DNA of 64,000 nucleotides from an uncultured bacterium (GTDB lineage Bacteria; Krumholzibacteriota; Krumholzibacteriia; Krumholzibacteriales; Krumholzibacteriaceae): NCBI GenBank assembly GCA_965371515.1, contig CBDUYR010000006.1, positions 4,475 to 68,474 of the forward strand, read 5' to 3'. Shown piece by piece: positions 1 to 8,829 of this stretch (position 1 is its first letter; each line of letters starts with the position of its first letter). The notes under the pieces were generated by a model. It saw only the letters and a program-made list of their open reading frames with translations, ran no database searches and was not told where the DNA came from. The position numbers and the translations under genes were made by a program.

Positions 1-1
1 C

Positions 2-634
2 AACGGGATGCACTTTCACCAGCACCTGTTCAAGAAGGGCAAGCCGCTGTTCTACAGCAAGTCGGGTTATGCCGGGCTTAGCAGGACGGCGCTTCAGTAC
101 ATCGCCGGACTGCTCCACCACTCCCCCGCCCTGCTCGCGCTGACAAACCCAAGCACGAACTCGTACAAGCGTCTGGTGCCCGGCTTCGAGGCGCCGGTCA
201 ACGCCTTCTTCTCGCTCGGCAACAGGTCGGCCGCTATCAGGATCCCGAAATACGCGTCGTCACCGGAGAAGAAGAGGCTCGAGTTCAGGCCCCCCGACGC
301 GACGGGGAACATCTACCTCTCGATGGCCGCGCAGCTGATGGCCGGCATCGACGGCATCCGCAACAAGCTCGACCCGAAAGAACTGGGATTCGGACCGCTC
401 GAGGTAAACGTGTTCGAGATGACCGACAAGGAGCGCGGGAAGATCAAGTCACTGCCCGGCTCGCTCTCCGAGGCGCTGCACGCGCTGGAGAAGGACTACG
501 AGTTCCTCCTGCAGGGCGACGTCTTCGACGCGACGATGATAGAGGACTGGATCGCATTGAAATTCGACAAGGACGTAATGCCGGTGCGAAACCGCACCCA
601 TCCGCTCGAGGTCCAGCTCTACCTCGACTGCTGA
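2..634 (+). CDS. glnA: Type I glutamine synthetase, C-terminal part (5' end outside window)
   Basis: Motifs NGMHFHQ, NSYKRLVPGFEAP, NRSAAIRIP, RLEFRPPD and C-terminal HPLEVQLYLDC. Confidence 0.95.
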   Translation, partial: NGMHFHQHLFKKGKPLFYSKSGYAGLSRTALQYIAGLLHHSPALLALTNPSTNSYKRLVPGFEAPVNAFFSLGNRSAAIRIPKYASSPEKKRLEFRPPDATGNIYLSMAAQLMAGIDGIRNKLDPKELGFGPLEVNVFEMTDKERGKIKSLPGSLSEALHALEKDYEFLLQGDVFDATMIEDWIALKFDKDVMPVRNRTHPLEVQLYLDC

Positions 635-656
635 TATTCAGGGAAGGGAGCAACGG

Positions 657-2573
657 GTGACCGAATTCCGACAACTTGGCGAGATGACGCTCGAGGACTA
701 CCAGGCGATTGGGATGAAGAGCGGCCTCGAGATACACCAGCAGCTCGACACCGAGAAGAAGCTTTTCTGCCGCTGCCCCATCCTTCCCTACAGCGATAAA
801 GTCGACGCGCAGATCCTCCGGCACATGCGGCCCACACTCTCCGAGCTGGGCGAGTACGACGGCACCGCCCTGATGGAGTTCAAGACAAAGAAAAACATCA
901 CCTACCAGATAAACAAGAAAACGGTCTGCACGTACGAGATGGACGACACGCCGCCTTTCGAGCTCAACCAGCAGGCGCTCGAGATCGCGCTCGAGATCAC
1001 GATGCTGCTCAACTGCAAGCTCGTCAGCGAGATTCACATCGCCCGCAAGCAGTACCTCGACGGATCGATCCCGACCGGATTCCAGCGCACGACTATACTC
1101 GGCGTCGACGGCTGGATACCGTACGGCGACAGGAAGATCGGCATCATCCAGCTCGGACTCGAGGAAGACGCCTGCCGAGAGGTCAGCGATATCGGCCACG
1201 AACGGATTTACATGACCGACCGCCTCGGCATCCCCCTTATAGAGACAGTCACATATCCCGAGATGCGCACCCCGCAGGAGGTCGCCGACGTCGCCCAGGT
1301 CATCAGGTACCTCACCCGCTCGACGGGCAAGGTCCGCACCGGCATCGGGCGGACGAGACAGGACGTAAACGTGTCCGTCACTGGCGGACGAAGGGTCGAG
1401 ATCAAGGGCGTTCCGCGCATCCCGATGATCCCGCTGCTCGTCCATAACGAGGCGTTCAGGCAGCTCGCGCTTCTCGACATAAAGAAGACCCTCAACGACC
1501 GGGGTGTCACAGAAGAGACATTCGAGTATGACTCGGTAGAGATCACCGACATCTTCAAGGGAACACAGTACTACCCCGTCGCCAAGGCGCTGAAAGACAG
1601 CCTCGAGGTCCATGCGGTCGTACTGCGCGGCTTTCGCGGCATCCTGTCGACGAAGATACAACCGGAGACGACATTCTCGAAGGAGATTTCGGACCGCGTG
1701 CGCGTCGTCGCCTGCCTCGACAGACTGCCCAACATCGCTCACTCGGACAGCGAGGGCGAGACATTCTCGAGCGCCGAGTGGACGAAGATAAAAAAGCATG
1801 CGAAAATGGGCAACGACGACGTTATCGTGATCGTCTGGGGCGGCGAGGACGACGTCAGGATGGGTGTCAGTGAGATCGCGCTGCGCGCGAAGGAAGCGGC
1901 GATCGGCGTCCCCGACGAGACGCGCCAGGCGCTGGCCGACGGGACGAACGGATTCGAAAGGATTCTGCCCGGCCCGAACAGGATGTATCCCGATACCGAT
2001 CTGCCGCCGATCGCGATCACCGACGAGCGCATAGAGCGTATCAGATCGACCCTGGCAGAGCTCTCATGGGACAGACAGAAACGGTACGAGGGTATGGGGC
2101 TCGACAAGGAAACGGCGCGCAGAATGAGCATCTCGAAGCGCAGGGATGCCTTCGACGAGGCAGTATCGAAAACAAAGTACGAGCCGGCCACAGTGGCAGA
2201 ACTGCTGCTCGGCGGACTGCGGAGACTGCGACGACGAGACGGCGTGCAGGAATGCAGCGACGAGGTATTCGTCCAGACTCTGGTCGAGGCCGGTGAAAAG
2301 AAGCTGCCGAAAACAAGCCTGGAGGTGCTTCTCGCGAAGACGTGCGGCCCCGACGGAATAGATCCGTCTAAGACAGCAACCGCGTTCGAGATCCTCGACG
2401 CGAAGGCGCTGGAGAAAAAGATGAAAAAGTTCGCGGGCTCCCTCGAGCTCCCCGACATAGAACGAGATAAACTGGTAAGGTACCTGACCGGCCGGATGGC
2501 CACCGAGTTCAGGGGATATATCACGGGCCGTGAGGCATTCGATTTCGCGGGCCGTTTCGTCGCGTCTGAATAA
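657..2573 (+). CDS. gatE: Glu-tRNA(Gln) amidotransferase subunit E (archaeal-type GatE)
   Basis: GLEIHQQLDT..KLFCRCP, DGS..TGFQRT, LGLEEDA, DRLGIPLIE, GIGRTRQDVNVS, VEIKGV, LPGPNRMYPDTDLPPI; 638 aa with a central insertion; directly upstream of gatD. Confidence 0.92.
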   Translation: MTEFRQLGEMTLEDYQAIGMKSGLEIHQQLDTEKKLFCRCPILPYSDKVDAQILRHMRPTLSELGEYDGTALMEFKTKKNITYQINKKTVCTYEMDDTPPFELNQQALEIALEITMLLNCKLVSEIHIARKQYLDGSIPTGFQRTTILGVDGWIPYGDRKIGIIQLGLEEDACREVSDIGHERIYMTDRLGIPLIETVTYPEMRTPQEVADVAQVIRYLTRSTGKVRTGIGRTRQDVNVSVTGGRRVEIKGVPRIPMIPLLVHNEAFRQLALLDIKKTLNDRGVTEETFEYDSVEITDIFKGTQYYPVAKALKDSLEVHAVVLRGFRGILSTKIQPETTFSKEISDRVRVVACLDRLPNIAHSDSEGETFSSAEWTKIKKHAKMGNDDVIVIVWGGEDDVRMGVSEIALRAKEAAIGVPDETRQALADGTNGFERILPGPNRMYPDTDLPPIAITDERIERIRSTLAELSWDRQKRYEGMGLDKETARRMSISKRRDAFDEAVSKTKYEPATVAELLLGGLRRLRRRDGVQECSDEVFVQTLVEAGEKKLPKTSLEVLLAKTCGPDGIDPSKTATAFEILDAKALEKKMKKFAGSLELPDIERDKLVRYLTGRMATEFRGYITGREAFDFAGRFVASE

Positions 2574-2588
2574 ACGGCGCGAAGGAAG

Positions 2589-3983
2589 GTGATCGCACTG
2601 GGCAGCGATATCTACAAGGGATACAGTGGCGAAGCGCTGGAATGCCTGAAGAAGTTCGAGGCCGGTGTCTGGTTCGACGTAGAGGTCAACTCGACACGCG
2701 GCAATTTCAGGGGGATCATACTCCCCAGATCCGAGACCGCCGACAACAATCACATAGTGCTCAAGCTCGACACCGGCTACAACGTCGGCCTGGCAGTCGG
2801 CACGATCGAGACGATGACAACGCACGGCAAGCGTGAGGCACATTACAAGATCCCCGAGAAGGAATTCCCTTTCGACCCGAAGAAACCGACGGTCAAGCTC
2901 CTCGGCACAGGTGGCACGATCGCCTCGAGGCTCGACTACCGCACCGGCGCCGTTATCCCGGCGTTCACCCCGGGAGAGCTCTACGGCTCCGTTCCAGAAC
3001 TAGCCGACATCTGCAATCTGGAGACGGAGAAGATGTACGGCGTATTCAGCGAGAACATGGGCCCCGAACAGTGGATAGGAACAGCCGAGAAGATCGGCGA
3101 GGAGATCAAGAAGGGTGTCAGCGGAGTCGTGATAGGCCACGGCACCGACACGATGCACCACACCGCGGCGATACTCTCGTTCATGGTGCAGGACTCGCCG
3201 GTACCGATCGTCATGGTCGGTTCCCAGCGCTCCAGCGACCGCCCGTCGAGCGATGCGGCCTTGAATCTGATACATGCGACGCGCACCGCCGCCTACAGCG
3301 ACTTCGCCGAGGTGATGGTCTGCATGTTCGGCCCGACGAGCGACCAGTACGCCCTGCTCCACAGGGGAACACGCGTACGCAAGATGCACTCGTCGTACAG
3401 GTCTACATTCAGGACGATCGGCGACATCCCCCTGGCGATGGTCGACCGCAAGAAATTCACGCCGCTGCGCGACGACATCAAGAAGCGCCGCAGCGACAGG
3501 AACGTGACGATCAACACGGCATTCGACGACCGCATCTCGATCGTGTACTACTACCCCGCCATGAAACCGGACATCATCGATTCGCTGATCGACAACGGGT
3601 ACAAGGGAATCGTTATCGCAGGTACTGGACTGGGGCATGTCAACAAGCCCCTCTACCCATCGCTCAAAAGAGCGTTCGACGAGGGGATCCATGTATACAT
3701 GGCCGTTCAGACGCTCTGGGGGTACGTGCAGATGTACGTATACGACACGGGGCGCGACATGATGGATCTCGGTGTCATACCCGGCGCCAACATGCTGCCC
3801 GAGGTAGCGTACATGAAGCTCGGATGGGCGCTCGGCCAGAGCCAGGATCGCGAAGAAGTGAAGAAGATCATGCTGACCCCGATCGCAGGCGAAATCACCG
3901 AGAGGGAGCCACATAATGGCTACCTGATCTACCAGGGCGGCATTCCCGAGGTCGAAGAGTTCATCAGCCAGTACAAAAAATAG
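2589..3983 (+). CDS. gatD: Glu-tRNA(Gln) amidotransferase subunit D (asparaginase-like GatD)
   Basis: N-terminal KLDTGYNVG domain, GTGGTIASRLDYRTGAV, HGTDTM, GSQRSSDRPSSDA, RGTRVRKMHSS, MLPEVAYMKLGW. Confidence 0.93.
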   Translation: MIALGSDIYKGYSGEALECLKKFEAGVWFDVEVNSTRGNFRGIILPRSETADNNHIVLKLDTGYNVGLAVGTIETMTTHGKREAHYKIPEKEFPFDPKKPTVKLLGTGGTIASRLDYRTGAVIPAFTPGELYGSVPELADICNLETEKMYGVFSENMGPEQWIGTAEKIGEEIKKGVSGVVIGHGTDTMHHTAAILSFMVQDSPVPIVMVGSQRSSDRPSSDAALNLIHATRTAAYSDFAEVMVCMFGPTSDQYALLHRGTRVRKMHSSYRSTFRTIGDIPLAMVDRKKFTPLRDDIKKRRSDRNVTINTAFDDRISIVYYYPAMKPDIIDSLIDNGYKGIVIAGTGLGHVNKPLYPSLKRAFDEGIHVYMAVQTLWGYVQMYVYDTGRDMMDLGVIPGANMLPEVAYMKLGWALGQSQDREEVKKIMLTPIAGEITEREPHNGYLIYQGGIPEVEEFISQYKK

Positions 3984-3996
3984 GTACAGGCGGCAT

Positions 3997-5592
3997 ATGG
4001 ATCGAAACGATTCTTCAGATCAGGGCAACGGGCTGCGCAGCGGCCCGGTAGACCTATCTACCTCAAAGGTTATCTCCGACACGTTCTTCGTCTCAGCCTC
4101 GAAGATAGCCATCACCCTGATCAAGCCGATCCGCAGTGTGATTCTCGGCAGGCTCCTCGGCCCGGCCCTCTACGGGCTGCTCAACATTCCTGTATCGTAT
4201 GTCCAGCTCCTCGTGATCTTCTCGAACATCGGCTTCAACACCGCGATTGTTAAGCTGATCCCCGAGTATCTGCAGAAGGGGCGCAAAGACATGGCCGCGA
4301 TGATCTACAACGCGGCCGTATTCCTCACCCTTACCCTCTCAACCTTATGGTGCATCCTGCTTATCGTGTTCGCCCCGTGGATCGCCGAAAACATCGCCCA
4401 TCAGCCTGAAGCTGCCGGGCCGATAAGGATATACGCCCTGATCATCCCGTTCCTCGCCCTCAACGCCTTCTACGCGGTCGCGTACCTCGCAATCCAGCGC
4501 GGCAAGCTGCGGGCCGGCATCACGCTGGTACACGGCCTGCTCAACGTCGCCCTCCCGATTGCGGCAGTCCTCTGGCGCCGGGATGTCGTGGCGGTCATAG
4601 CTGGATTTCTCACCGCAGAAGTGATCGGCGCGCTGCTCTTTACAATCTACTTCCACCGGAAGGCGATCCGGCACTGGACATCCGGATCGGGCCCACTCGT
4701 TCAGGGGATCAGGGAGGTATCCGGATTCGGATTCCTCTTCTTCTTCGCGAACCTCGGGTGGAACCTGATCAACACCGTCGACCGCATCATGGTCAAGTAC
4801 TACCTCCCCGCCGAGCAGCTGGGATTCTACGCGATGGCGGCGATCGTTATAACAGCGCTGAGCATCATCTCCTCTACGGCGGGAACGGCGCTCATCCCCT
4901 CTCTCACAGCGACCCGCGTGTCCGGCGACATGAAGGCCTTCCGCAGGCAGATAAGAAGCACGGCGCGGATCGCCCTGATGGTTATCGCGCCTGTCGTCAT
5001 GATGATCTGGTCGCTGGCCGGCGACACGATCTCGATCGTGCTGCCGAAGTTTCTTCCATCCGCGGGCATTGTAAAGATCCTGGTCTTCATCGGGATCGCC
5101 GACATATTCTGCCGGACAGCCTGGGCCTCCCTCGCGGCATACGCCAAGGGCGGCCTGTCGGCGAGCGCCTACCTCTTTGCCGCTATACTTAACATAGTTT
5201 TGAATATGGTTCTCATTCCGCGGATGGGAATAACGGGCGCGGCTGTCGCGACCCTCGCCACCTTCATAGTCCTGGCGATTATACTGCAGACTATGATGTG
5301 GTCGATCTCGAGGACGAGGATATCGCCTCTCTCTTTGATCCACCCCGCTCTTCTCGCATCGGTCTATCCCCTGCTGTCGCTGGCAACCGGCTCCCTTCCC
5401 TCCTGGGCCCGTGTCGTAATAGTACTGGTCGTCGGGTCGGCCGCATACAAGCTCCTCGCCGCTCTCACAGGGCTCATCAGAAAAAGCGACCTCGAGACAG
5501 CCGCCGCAACGCTGCAGCAGCGAAGGCACGTGCCCCACGTCAGGCTCGCCCTGATAGGAATCTCCTTCCTCGACAGGATAACGAGGCGCTAG
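3997..5592 (+). CDS. MOP-superfamily oligosaccharide flippase (Wzx-like)
   Basis: Many TM segments; ILGRLLGPALYG, DRIMVKYYL..EQLGFY, NIVLNMVLIPRMGITGAA. Confidence 0.85.
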   Translation: MDRNDSSDQGNGLRSGPVDLSTSKVISDTFFVSASKIAITLIKPIRSVILGRLLGPALYGLLNIPVSYVQLLVIFSNIGFNTAIVKLIPEYLQKGRKDMAAMIYNAAVFLTLTLSTLWCILLIVFAPWIAENIAHQPEAAGPIRIYALIIPFLALNAFYAVAYLAIQRGKLRAGITLVHGLLNVALPIAAVLWRRDVVAVIAGFLTAEVIGALLFTIYFHRKAIRHWTSGSGPLVQGIREVSGFGFLFFFANLGWNLINTVDRIMVKYYLPAEQLGFYAMAAIVITALSIISSTAGTALIPSLTATRVSGDMKAFRRQIRSTARIALMVIAPVVMMIWSLAGDTISIVLPKFLPSAGIVKILVFIGIADIFCRTAWASLAAYAKGGLSASAYLFAAILNIVLNMVLIPRMGITGAAVATLATFIVLAIILQTMMWSISRTRISPLSLIHPALLASVYPLLSLATGSLPSWARVVIVLVVGSAAYKLLAALTGLIRKSDLETAAATLQQRRHVPHVRLALIGISFLDRITRR

Positions 5593-5635
5593 AGCAGCGT
5601 GTCCCAGGAATAACTCGCATATATAGCATCTGATC

Positions 5636-6361
5636 TTATGGTTTTAATAGAATATAAAATACTGCCATGTGAAGGAATCCAAATCGCTTCTCAAGCATTT
5701 GATAGTTCATCTTGTGAATAAATTCTTCAGTGATGAACTTCTCTAGTCTTCTATAGTCAAAACCTAAATGTGGCCCATACCCTTGTTTCTGCGGATCTCT
5801 AAATATATCAATGCTTTTGTTAAACATGAGATGCGAAAAATATTTAAACTTTGATTGGTTCTGGAAAAAATCCTCGTAAGGGTTTCGACGCACTAACTGT
5901 CTGCCTAAGAATTTCACTAGTCCAGGCATTCCTATCTCATTCGGAATACCAATTACCAATATCCCCCCGCTTGCCAAATGATTATTTAGGTTAATCAGTG
6001 CTTCCTTATATGAACCTACATGCTCCAGTGTTTCAAAGCATGTTACCAATTCAAATTCTTCTTTGGGCCGCTCAATATTATTAAGGTTGTACTTAATAAA
6101 TTCTGTCGATGGAAGATTCTTCTCCCTGCCCAGATTTAACAATTCTTCCTTATGGTCATATCCAACGATTCTCGAGAAATCACAATTGCCACTCCGGATC
6201 ATATATTCGATGATATATCCATTTGAACAACCAAAATCCGCCCAGCTTGTCTTAGTAAATGCTCCGTGATGTAAAAGTATTCTTAGAATAGATTTTAATC
6301 TAGCCCTGTGGGAGAATGATACAAATCCCCTTCCCTTATATGAGTTCTCATGGATAATCAT
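5636..6361 (-). CDS. Class I SAM-dependent methyltransferase, AT-rich
   Basis: Motif I ADFGCSNG, FELVTCFETLEHV, LASGGILVIGIPN; clearly AT-rich relative to flanks. Confidence 0.8.
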   Translation of the reverse strand: MIIHENSYKGRGFVSFSHRARLKSILRILLHHGAFTKTSWADFGCSNGYIIEYMIRSGNCDFSRIVGYDHKEELLNLGREKNLPSTEFIKYNLNNIERPKEEFELVTCFETLEHVGSYKEALINLNNHLASGGILVIGIPNEIGMPGLVKFLGRQLVRRNPYEDFFQNQSKFKYFSHLMFNKSIDIFRDPQKQGYGPHLGFDYRRLEKFITEEFIHKMNYQMLEKRFGFLHMAVFYILLKP

Positions 6362-6520
6362 CGGCTGCCAGTTTCCTGTAGAATAGAAGCTTTGTCAAGG
6401 CGGGTGACATTTCAGCTTCTCTCTCAAGAGTTCAGAAGGGGTTTTCCCCTTCCTTCAGTGGATGACCATTTAAACGCCTTAAAGGCACATTACTTCGATC
6501 TATCCGAAACACCCCATTTT

Positions 6521-6625
6521 CGTAAATTTCTGTTTACATTCAGGTAACCTATCGTTTACATAATAACCATCAATTTATAAAGATGTTACGGGGATTCGCA
6601 AAATGTACGTAAAGAAACGTTTACA
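6521..6625 (+). promoter_or_regulatory. Three palindromic GTAAM-N6-TTTACA sites (putative enhancer/UAS)
   Basis: CGTAAAtttctgTTTACA 6521-6538, GGTAACctatcgTTTACA 6543-6560, CGTAAAgaaacgTTTACA 6608-6625. Confidence 0.65.
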
Positions 6626-6692
6626 TTTCTCATTTTCCGTTTCGCTCGAATCGTGCTGTTCGGCGAAAAATATAAATTTTTATCTCCTTATA

Positions 6693-6705
6693 ATACAATA
6701 AGTTA
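6693..6705 (+). promoter_or_regulatory. IHF-like binding site
   Basis: ATACAATAAGTTA resembles WATCAANNNNTTR, preceded by an AT tract, between the palindromes and the -24/-12 box. Confidence 0.4.
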
Positions 6706-6743
6706 AAACTTTTAAGGGAACGATGAGGAACAATAGGGAATTA

Positions 6744-6759
6744 TGGCACGTCACTGGCT
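6744..6759 (+). promoter_or_regulatory. Sigma54 (-24/-12) promoter
   Basis: TGGCACGtcacTGGCT; GG-N10-GC spacing, one mismatch to TGGCACG-N4-TTGCW. Confidence 0.7.
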
Positions 6760-6831
6760 ACTACAAGTAAGCGTGAGCAAGAACAATAAATACGAAGAAA
6801 GTTTTGGGAGTCTGAACGAAAGGGGTTGAAA

Positions 6832-6912
6832 ATGCTGCACTTCACAAGCATCGCGATGATCATAGCCCTTATGATCGCTGGCAAAAGTGTCTGGGGCAAG
6901 AGCGTCTGGTAA
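6832..6912 (+). CDS. 26-aa peptide MLHFTSIAMIIALMIAGKSVWGKSVW (not in ORF track)
   Basis: AAGGGG RBS 6 nt before ATG; hydrophobic N-half plus duplicated GKSVW with synonymous differences; own promoter and terminator. Confidence 0.7.
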   Translation: MLHFTSIAMIIALMIAGKSVWGKSVW

Positions 6913-6928
6913 ATCCCGGAGACTCCAC

Positions 6929-6961
6929 AAGGCGGGGCACGAAAGTGTCCCGCCTTTTTTT
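6929..6961 (+). terminator. Rho-independent terminator
   Basis: AAGGCGGGGCAC-GAAA-GTGTCCCGCCTT followed by a T run. Confidence 0.9.
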
Positions 6962-7033
6962 ATACCCTCCCCGATGAAAATCTGCGTATATTCGTCCCCC
7001 GGGCATCGTTGACCACAAGAAAGGATCGATAGA

Positions 7034-7939
7034 GTGAACAGGCTGCAGGCATACCTCATCGAGCTGAGGGCCCCGTTCCTCACAGTCAGCATCCTCCCCG
7101 TCATACTCGCCACGGCGATAGCGCGCTGCGATACGGGAATCTGGGATCCCCTTCTTTTCTGGCTGACGCTAGCCGGTGCTGTGCTCCTGCACCTCGGCTC
7201 CAATACGATAAACGACTGGTTCGATCACAGGTCGGGCAACGACGAGGTCAATGTCGAGTTCGTCAGCCCCTTCACAGGCGGAAGCAGGATGATCCAGGCG
7301 GGATTCGTAACGCCTCGCGGGGTCCTCACTCTCTCGATAGCCCTGTTCACCCTGGCAACGCTTATCGGGATATATCTCTACACCGTCAGGGGACCGGCGA
7401 TCATCCTCTTCGGGATCACCGGCCTCGTTCTCGGGATCCTCTATACCGCGCCGCGGGCGATGCTCGCCGGCCGGGGCCTGGGCGAGATCGTGATCTTCCT
7501 CGCATTCGGACTGATAGCCGTCGGAGCGTACTACGTACAGACCGGATACATATCGCGCCATATACTTGTCGCGCCGCTGCCGCTTGCTGTCTTCACAACG
7601 GCGATCATCATCGTCAACGAATTCCAGGACGCAACCGCAGACGGAATGACGGGCAAGAACACACTGATCGTTAGACTCGGTCGAAAGAGAGGCGTAGTCC
7701 TCTACGCGACAGTCATGCTGTCGGCGTACATCCCGATACTCGCCGGTGCCGCCGCCGGCCTGATGCCGCGCTGGACCTTCCTGGGCCTCGCCACACTCCC
7801 CGTGGCGCTCAAGGCGATCCAAGTCGCAGCGAAGAAGCACGACGACCCGCGCGCGATGACGCCGGCGAACGCCTCTACGATCATCGCACATCTGGCCACA
7901 GGAATTCTGCTGACGCTGGTCTATATTCTGTCGGGATAA
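7034..7939 (+). CDS. menA: UbiA-family prenyltransferase, MenA-like
   Basis: NTINDWFDHRSGND, FTGGSRMI, NEFQDATADGMTGKNTLIVRLG; multiple TM segments. Confidence 0.75.
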   Translation: MNRLQAYLIELRAPFLTVSILPVILATAIARCDTGIWDPLLFWLTLAGAVLLHLGSNTINDWFDHRSGNDEVNVEFVSPFTGGSRMIQAGFVTPRGVLTLSIALFTLATLIGIYLYTVRGPAIILFGITGLVLGILYTAPRAMLAGRGLGEIVIFLAFGLIAVGAYYVQTGYISRHILVAPLPLAVFTTAIIIVNEFQDATADGMTGKNTLIVRLGRKRGVVLYATVMLSAYIPILAGAAAGLMPRWTFLGLATLPVALKAIQVAAKKHDDPRAMTPANASTIIAHLATGILLTLVYILSG

Positions 7940-7964
7940 CCCAGCTCCTGCAGGCCGCTCATAC

Positions 7965-8648
7965 TCACTGCCCGAAATCGACGCCCTCGAGCAGCTTCGA
8001 TATCCCCTCTGTCACTTCCTCGACCGAATCGACAAGCTTGACGATCTTCAGGTCCTCTGGCAGGATCTTGTCCTCTGCGAGCATCTTGTTGTTGATCCAG
8101 TCACCAAGCCCGCCGTAGTAGTCCTTTCCCACAAGATAGACGGGGAAAGGCGCGATTTTGTGCGTCTGGATCAGCGTGAGCGCTTCGAAGAACTCGTCCA
8201 TCGTGCCGAATCCGCCCGGCATGATAACAAACGCAATCGAGTGCTTCATGAACATCACCTTGCGCACAAAGAAGTAGCGGAAGGTGATCAGCCTGTCGAT
8301 GTAGGAATTGGGCTCCTGCTCGAAGGGCAGGTCGATGTTCAATCCAACCGAGAGCCCCCCTCCTTCCTGCGCACCGCGGTTGGCCGCTTCCATAACGCCG
8401 GGGCCTCCGCCTGTGATGATAGAGCAACCTCTCGACGAGAGGGCCTTGGCGATATTCCTCGCGTCCGTATACGCCTTGTCGCTCTCCTTCGCCCTCGCGG
8501 AGCCGTAGATGCTCACTCCCGGCGAAACATCGGCCATGTTGTCGACTCCGTCGACGAATTCGGAGAGGATCCTGAAGAGCCTCCAGCTCTCCTGGGTGGT
8601 GAAATCGTCTATGAGGTATCTCGTGCTCTGGTCCTTCTTCGTCCCCAT
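7965..8648 (-). CDS. LOG-family (TIGR00730-type) nucleotide phosphoribohydrolase
   Basis: TGGGPGVMEAANRGA, FFVRKVMF, PGGFGTMDE. Confidence 0.9.
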   Translation of the reverse strand: MGTKKDQSTRYLIDDFTTQESWRLFRILSEFVDGVDNMADVSPGVSIYGSARAKESDKAYTDARNIAKALSSRGCSIITGGGPGVMEAANRGAQEGGGLSVGLNIDLPFEQEPNSYIDRLITFRYFFVRKVMFMKHSIAFVIMPGGFGTMDEFFEALTLIQTHKIAPFPVYLVGKDYYGGLGDWINNKMLAEDKILPEDLKIVKLVDSVEEVTEGISKLLEGVDFGQ

Positions 8649-8829
8649 CGCGTCTACCGTCCTTCTTGTATGTCCGGTGGGATTTCTACTATCTGCCTGC
8701 AGGTTAAGACAGGATCCCCCTGATGTTCAAGGATAAACGGGGAAAACCCTGTTATCTCTACCAATTTTCCGCCGGATGAGATATCCTTATGTCAGGTCCT
8801 TTGCACCATTCTCGAGATCCGGAACTGCC

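Noticed and set aside
6832-6961. Trp attenuator leader (two Trp codons plus terminator)
   Set aside because: Trp codons are not adjacent, no trp genes follow, no clear antiterminator, and the upstream layout is sigma54-like
6751-7203. 150-aa minus-strand ORF
   Set aside because: Runs antisense through the terminator, the peptide gene and the menA-like start; no protein-like features
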